NCBI GenBank assembly: GCA_002269645.1
Contig: NIVC01000849.1
Span: forward strand, 1-29,613
Direction: 5' to 3'
Origin: Macrostomum lignano
Lineage: Eukaryota
Length of the DNA stretch: 29,613 nucleotides
The notes under the pieces: model-generated
What the model was told of the DNA's origin: nothing
The model's input: only the letters and a program-made list of their open reading frames with translations
Database searches by the model: none
Position numbers and translations under genes: made by a program
Shown here: one piece after another, positions 23,508 through 29,613 of the stretch
Layout: every line of letters begins with the position of its first letter
How positions within the stretch are numbered: the stretch's first letter is position 1

Positions 23508-26500
23508 CTAAACAGCCTCAGCTGTAACGGACAATGAGTCGGGATTTTCTTTGCTGTTCGGTTCGGCCGGGTTCCTTTCATAGGGCGGAGGCTTTACATC
23601 CGTCGACGCCGTGAAGGCGGTCGGCGTAGGCGACGAACTTGAAGTTCCGGCGACAGGTTGCTGCGAGTCACCAGCGGCAGGCATCGGGGCCACTTTGTTG
23701 CCAGCAGAGGACGGTCTTTCGGTGAGCTCGACGTCAACCTGAGCGAGGCAATTCAGAAGTGGTTTTATTTTATATATGATGTTCATAACTTGATTCCTTT
23801 GATAGAAAAAGACCAGAAGAAATGGTGAAAGATGTCTGCCCATCCCGTGGATATCCCACAGAGTGCATTAGCGTTCCAGCATTAGATCTCTTAATACGGT
23901 ATTAGGTTTCTATAGGTGAAGAGAGGTTGTAGCCTAGTGGATAGAGCGTTGGACCCACGAATGAAAGGTCGGGGGTTCGGTTCTCGACCCACTCAAAACA
24001 ATATGTGTCCTTGAGCAAGACGCTAAACTCTGCATTGCTTAAAGGTGTGTTTGGCGACCCCCAGTCCCTGGACTGAACAGCAGTACTCAACCTTCAGATG
24101 CGCCGCGCAATAGCTTATTACGCGCCCATTAGGGCAAGCGTTATCAATATTCTTAATTATTATAATAAAGGTGAAGGTTTTAGGCATGGTGGGGCCTTGA
24201 GGAGTTAGATTTACAGTTGAAGGCGATACATTTCTAGTGGTTGAATGCAAATTGTGTTACAGGTATTCTAATAACGGACAAAAAAGTAAAATATTGGTTG
24301 TTAAAACTTAAATAAACACCCATAATTGGGATCCCGTACATTTTTGCCTGGTTTTAATTTGTTTGAGATCGAATTTCAGCACTGGCTATTTTTAGAGGCA
24401 GGGAGGTGTATGCACCATGGCGAACTTTAAGCGACATTGTCACACAACCGGGGAGAGGCATTACTGCCCATTCCACTGACTCCGCTGAGCAGGCACGCAA
24501 GATACGTACGCAGTCATACGTACAGGCACACACAAAGGAGTGTACAGCGGCCCTAACTTTATTTATCGTTAGGCATGTACACTTCACTGGGCCTCGGGGG
24601 TTGGCCCTCAAAGCCGTTAATTGCACGCGCAGACTCAAGCCGAGATTCCAATTCAGCCCCATATTAATGTGACAGCATTTGGAATCGAGCCTGGGCCGCT
24701 AGACCAGCAAGCCATGACCCCCTTTACACAGGCAAAGTGCTCTCACAATATTCGGTCGTTTATCCTCTTCTTCGGCCGCGTACTCGAACTCGTCCCTGGC
24801 CTGGATGTCGATGCCGCAGCTGGTGAACTCCTGACAGCCCATTGGGAAGCAACAGCACAGCTTGTGCACTAGCGGGACGACGTACTTGTGGTCCGGGCGT
24901 TTGTAGCCTGCAAAATCGGGTGCGAGCACCCAGCTAAATTTGTTATACGAAGTGAAAAAGGCAAGAAATTTTGCTTTTCACTGTCTACAGAGTAATCAAT
25001 TAGGTGCCTTATGTTTGTATCTCTCAATTTTTAGCAGGCTGTGGATGATCAATCGAGCAATTCACTAGTTAAATCTATAGCTAGTCTAGGACTAAAAGTA
25101 CATCGAATTAAGAAAAGTCCCAGGATTTCTAAGACCGTTCTTATTGCTACTGGTAAGAGAGAATTTTATTTTCGGTAATTATTAAATGTTTTGTAAATAA
25201 AATGCCATTCTCAATAGCTTTGTTACACATGTAAATAACTTATAATTCATAGCTACCAGGGGCTCAGGGTGCAAATCAACAAAACCGACTCACCCCAGAT
25301 GAGGTTTGTAATCAGAGAGACCAGCACGCCCAAAATGACGGTGACCAAAAGTCCGAATAGAGTATACCACAGGTAGGACAGCTGGTAAAACTTCTGTAGA
25401 CCGCTTGCTTCTCTGCAATTTATGCGCGCAATCGAACGTGAAAAACATGTCTTATTTGGCTGGCGACTATGCTAGAGTTATGATACGATTTTGAAATACC
25501 ACTTACAGTGGCGACGCAACGTTCGTAGAGAACGTGCCCATGGTTGGCCGGGGCACATTGCACATGCTGGTGTTGCCGGGCAGGCTGATCTCCTGGTTAC
25601 CAGCAGAGTAAGAACCGATGCTTACCCACATGTTGATGGCCAAGCCGGCTACAGCTCCGACGAAGGCCCCGTATTTGTTAACAATGGGGATGAACGCGCC
25701 CATGATGAACAGGCCTAGAGACGGGGCCCCCACGGCGCCAGTGAATGACAGGGACGCTTGCAGCACCGTGCCGCCAAGGTTAATGGCTATAAAGCCGAAG
25801 CCGGTGCCCAAGATGCCGAAGATCAGCGTGAGAATTCGGTTAATCCAGCCGGACTTTGTCTCGGATGCGTCCTTGAAGAATAGCGGCTCAAGGATGTCCT
25901 TCCAGGTAATGGCGGCGCAAGCGTTTAGGGAAGAAGACACGGAGCTGTAACCAAGTGTTTTACCTTGTTAATTTGTAGAATGGCATTGTAATTTCATTAA
26001 CAAATTGCGCTAACTTACCTGAGAGCTCCGGCAAAGAGTGAAGCAACGAATAATCCAGGGATAGAGTAGTACTGGCCAAGCTGGTCCATCACGTAGTACG
26101 GAACGATCTAAAGGACGTGTTTTGTGATTATTTATTCATGAAAAAAACCAGGGCAAGAGAATTTATTACATGTACTTTTAAAGGTAAATCCTTTCACAGG
26201 TTAAAGTTACGACGTCGAGGAAAATGAGTATTCTAACATTACGCCGACGAATGACGACGTCATACGTCCGGTTGAACGTCTGTGTAATGTAGAAGTACAC
26301 ATTTGCAGCGACGTCCATCGACGTAGGAACGTCGGCCAAGAAATCACCGACGTCGGATTGCTAATAACCATGTCAGATTTCTAACAAAGAAGTCGGGTTG
26401 CAAATAACCACATCAGGTTGCTAATAAAGATGTCGGATTGCTAATAGCAACGTCGGATTGCTAACAATAGCGTCGTATTGCTAATAACAACATTGGATTG

Positions 26501-28460
26501 CTAATAACAACGTCGATTGCTAATAGCAACGTAGGATTGCTAATAACGACGTCGGATTGCTAATGGTAACATAGGCTTGCTGTACTGGAGATCAATAATA
26601 TTTTACATAATGTAGAACAAAGCTATGAAGTTGTACGGCAAAACGCTGCACCATGAGACCGATGGTTGACTCAATGCTTACATCATTCTTTCCTCTGGCC
26701 CAGCCGATTCCATTGATGTCGCAGCCGATGTATTGGTAGTAGGCGAAAATGACCATTCCAGCAGCGCTGGCTGTCCACGTAAGAATCATTGCTCCAGGTA
26801 TGTTGATCCACAGAGACCTGTTGGAGTCGGGACGGGATAAGAGACAGTGGCGTAATTTTAAGAGACAATGACGCCATCAAGACAGGGGCACCCCAAGACG
26901 CCTAATATTGGCACCCCTAATAGACCCAGCCTTTGCCTGTTCGAGGTAAAGCAGATTCCTAATTATCGCGAAGAAATAAATAAAAACCAATCAAATTCGA
27001 AAAAATTCTTACTGTCTAGCCTTGGAGATGTTGGCAACGCGCAATACCGCTGCACTGCTGCCTGATTAACGCCGTAGGTGCCGAGCCAGCCAACCGCACT
27101 GCCAATCGTCAGGCCCCAGAATGTGTGTCGAACAGTGGGATCGAAGCTGAACCTGTACAGGAAACAAAATGCTTGTTGTTAACGTTTAGCAGCTGATACT
27201 ACACGAGCTAAAGAAGTGCAAATTAAAAGTTTTGAAACAGGTTCAGTGGTGGCTAATTTACTGGCAATTCTACTATGAGTAGATACTTTAGTAAGGAGCA
27301 TAAAAATTATCAGCACGTGTCTGATGTATCAAGATGTGTGGTAAGTATATTAGACGCTGACTTATCCGGCCATTCTGGAATTCTCATTCGACGTTGGTAG
27401 ATACGTCCGGTAGTTAAAATATGTCGTAAATTTCAATGTTTTAGGACTTTAAATTTAGGCAACGTAGAAGCGCGTCGAAAGTTACACGTCGAGACGATAA
27501 TGGGGTTGTTTGGTTTGGTTTGAGTTCATTAATCTGGAGGTCGAAAATTGGCCTTGGACTAACACTAACTCACTCGTCAAACTGAATCCGGCCGTATTTT
27601 TCATTGATCGCCCACACATTTGCCGGACCGCCCACATCGATCGTGCCCTTGATGATGATGGCGAAGATGCCAATAAGCATGATGCCAGCTTGGAACACGT
27701 CGGTCCAAACCACAGCTTTGATTCCTCCCAGCAGCGTGTAAGCTGTCCCAATGACTCCTGAGGCTGCGATGACATGTAAATATTGAAGGAGCCACCGGAG
27801 CAGAAATCCATGGCGGCCGAGGGAGCGTACATTGCGATACCCATGTACAGGATCTGATGGGAGGCGATAATTACAAGCAAAAGTTAGCCACAATGTTAAT
27901 GTGAATCTCTTTCAAGGCACTCACCGAAGACAAAATGTAGAACAGGTTGCCCAAAATCCTGACAGCTTTCGATTCGAAACGAAGCTCGAGATACTGTAAT
28001 AAAAGGCCATGCAGAAGATGTTTAATCCATAAATGGCTGTTTTAAATTAACTATCAGGTAACCTTTTTACCTCAAACGAGCTGGTCAGTTTCAGCGGATA
28101 GAACAGCGGCACAAAGATCAGTGACGCCAGAATGATGGCGATCACCTTTCCAATCGTGTAGAGCAGGTACATCGTTCCATTTAAGTAGAGCTCCGCCGGA
28201 GCGCCAAGTATCAGTATAGCTGAGGTGAAAGACACTAAAATGCTGACCGCTACAGGCACCAACGACAGGCTGCGGTTGCCCGTAAGGAACTCTTTAGCGG
28301 TTCGCTGGCGATCTCCAGCGAAGGCGAAGTAGATCCCGATGCCCAGTGAGACGGACAAGAACAGAGAAAACACAACGTAGTCGACCCAGTGCATAGTCCG
28401 ATGTACCTGGTCTACCAGAGGCGACGCCGTGGTAGTTACTGTTACGATTGCTGAGTTCAT
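23508..28460 (-). CDS. SLC5 sodium:solute symporter (SMVT/SMCT/NIS-like, SLC5A5/6/8/12 group), ~684 aa after repair; exons 28460-28071, 27993-27925, 27853-27574, 27152-27013, 26817-26682, 26107-26019, 25944-25507, 25412-25294, 24907-24747, 23738-23508
   Basis: DYVVF, GAPAELY, YLELRF, YTLLGGIKAVVWTDVFQ, DPTVRHTFW, NQAAVQRY, PGLFVASLFAGALSSVSSSLNA and LSYLWY. All introns are GT-AG, and phases agree if one base is added near 27771 and one near 27033. Confidence 0.93.
23922..24168 (+). mobile_element. tRNA-derived SINE with CORE-like central segment, antisense in the last intron of the SLC5 gene
   Basis: A-box-like tagcctagtgg (23930-23940), B-box-like ggttcggttct (23974-23984), gtgtccttgagcaagacgctaaactc (24005-24030), AT-rich tail, and flanking direct repeat aggtgaag (23914-23921, 24169-24176). 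Confidence 0.7.
24350..24720 (-). mobile_element. Possible second degenerate tRNA-headed repeat in the same intron
   Basis: Minus strand reads tggtctagcgg-ccca-ggctcgattcc (A/B-box-like but collapsed spacing) near 24680-24712. Boundaries are uncertain. Confidence 0.25.
26351..26582. repeat. 20-bp minisatellite (cgtcggattgctaataacaa), ~11 diverged copies, in SLC5 intron 5
   Basis: Period 20 visible at 26351, 26371, 26391 and onward. Confidence 0.88.
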
Positions 28461-29613
28461 CGGCTCGGATTGGATTCTAGTACAGTGCTTTTACCTTAAC
28501 CGTAGTCTTTCACTGCAGTTATTGACAGAAAAAGTTTCTCTGGAGGCGCCTAATAGAGCCTTTAACTAGCTTTCTCTTGTTGCCTATCCGTTGTCAGTGG
28601 CAACAAAACGCCACGAATGCTTCACATGTTCAAATGTACATGAAGACTTTAAATTCGCAGTCAATGACAACGACAGACAACAAATTCCGAAGAACAGTAA
28701 CTATCACATGACTGGGCGAAAGTGTGTTTATCTTGATTGCTCTGAGATTGGGAGTGCAAGGTTCAGTGCGGCATTTTTTAATTTTAAGAGCAAGGATTTT
28801 TACTTGGGTCCGCGTGCGCGTCAGGCAAATGCCAGTTCGCCTGCTTTCGGTGGAGCTTGTTAGAAAAGGCAAGAGATTTTTCAGATAAAACAAATTTAGC
28901 ATACATTGATAGGAATTTTTCAAGTCACTCTTGAGTTTAGTGTATTTTACATTTAAGATACGAACTATAAAATACTCATATCACTCGCTATTAGACCTTG
29001 TTTGTCAAGTATTTTTGCGGCTCACTTTGCGTAGCTTTAAATTTAAGCAGCTTCGCCATTGTGGCCCGAATTTACTTGGCTACGTAAAAGAACCTTAGCC
29101 AAAAATATTCATTTTTTATTTGCTGAACGATATTCAGCAAAGTATATCACACAGACAGTATAAATACACAAATACAAAAATGAGCTGAGATATAACAAAA
29201 ATCGATTAAATCAACTAAAAAACAAGCTACCTTATGCGTCCAAAAAGTTCTTAGACACCCCTCCTATCTCTGCATCTGTTCAATCGATCTTTTAAAAAAT
29301 TTACACAAACTGGGCTTATATCTAATGAATTCAGTGCTAAAGTTTCAGCTTAATCGGGTTGACAGAGCAAAAGCAATCGATCATTTACTGAGAACCTACG
29401 AAATTAGCAATACGATTTAAAACTCAACAAAATGCAAAAGTTAACGAGCAAACAGTTCAAACTGTCAAGTCCAGAACTTCAAAAACAGATCACCATGTGA
29501 AAATCTTCAGAAGAATCTTCATTCCGTCGAATTGGCGATTCTTTTGCTGTTAAACCATCTGAGGCTGGTTCCGCGTCTCAGCATCTGAATCTGCTATGCT
29601 GCTTACTGCTTTG

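Noticed and set aside
23922-23995. Functional tRNA gene
   Set aside because: Imperfect B box, no clean cloverleaf or T-run terminator, and it continues into SINE-like body and tail
27013-27853. Programmed frameshifting or an alternative GC donor rescuing the SLC5 frame
   Set aside because: No slippery heptamer or stimulatory structure; the GC site is non-consensus and cannot fix the second lesion

Overview
Eukaryotic (animal) genomic DNA with short GT-AG introns, GC-rich exons and roughly a third of the window in micro/minisatellites. Innexin plus a universal stress protein plus this repeat load suggests a lophotrochozoan such as a Macrostomum-like flatworm (inference only). Genes reconstructed by hand: (A) 3' exons of an unidentified single-pass membrane protein (+, 42..~1217); (B) a six-exon Shisa-like (C-C-CC-CC) single-pass protein whose Cys-rich exons the ORF track misses (+, 4430..6509); (C) an intact two-exon innexin (-, 9076..10839); (D) an orphan single-pass protein split by a 1.7-kb minisatellite intron (-, 11881..14439); (E) an intronless USP (+, 21440..21934); (F) a ten-exon SLC5 sodium:solute symporter (-, 23508..28460) whose frame needs two single-base insertions. 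Mobile DNA: a complete 2,553-bp Mutator-like (FLYWCH-MULE) element with repeat-built TIRs and an exact 8-bp target duplication, inserted into a 21-bp minisatellite, and a tRNA-headed SINE with a CORE-like segment and an 8-bp flanking direct repeat. Most long ORFs in the supplied track are artefacts of stop-free tandem repeats. Recurrent 1-bp losses at G/C runs suggest unpolished long-read errors rather than true pseudogenes. I found no clearly new multi-gene system. The best leads are the Shisa-like gene, the orphan membrane proteins, the nested MULE/minisatellite structure and splice acceptors sitting just before several start codons.
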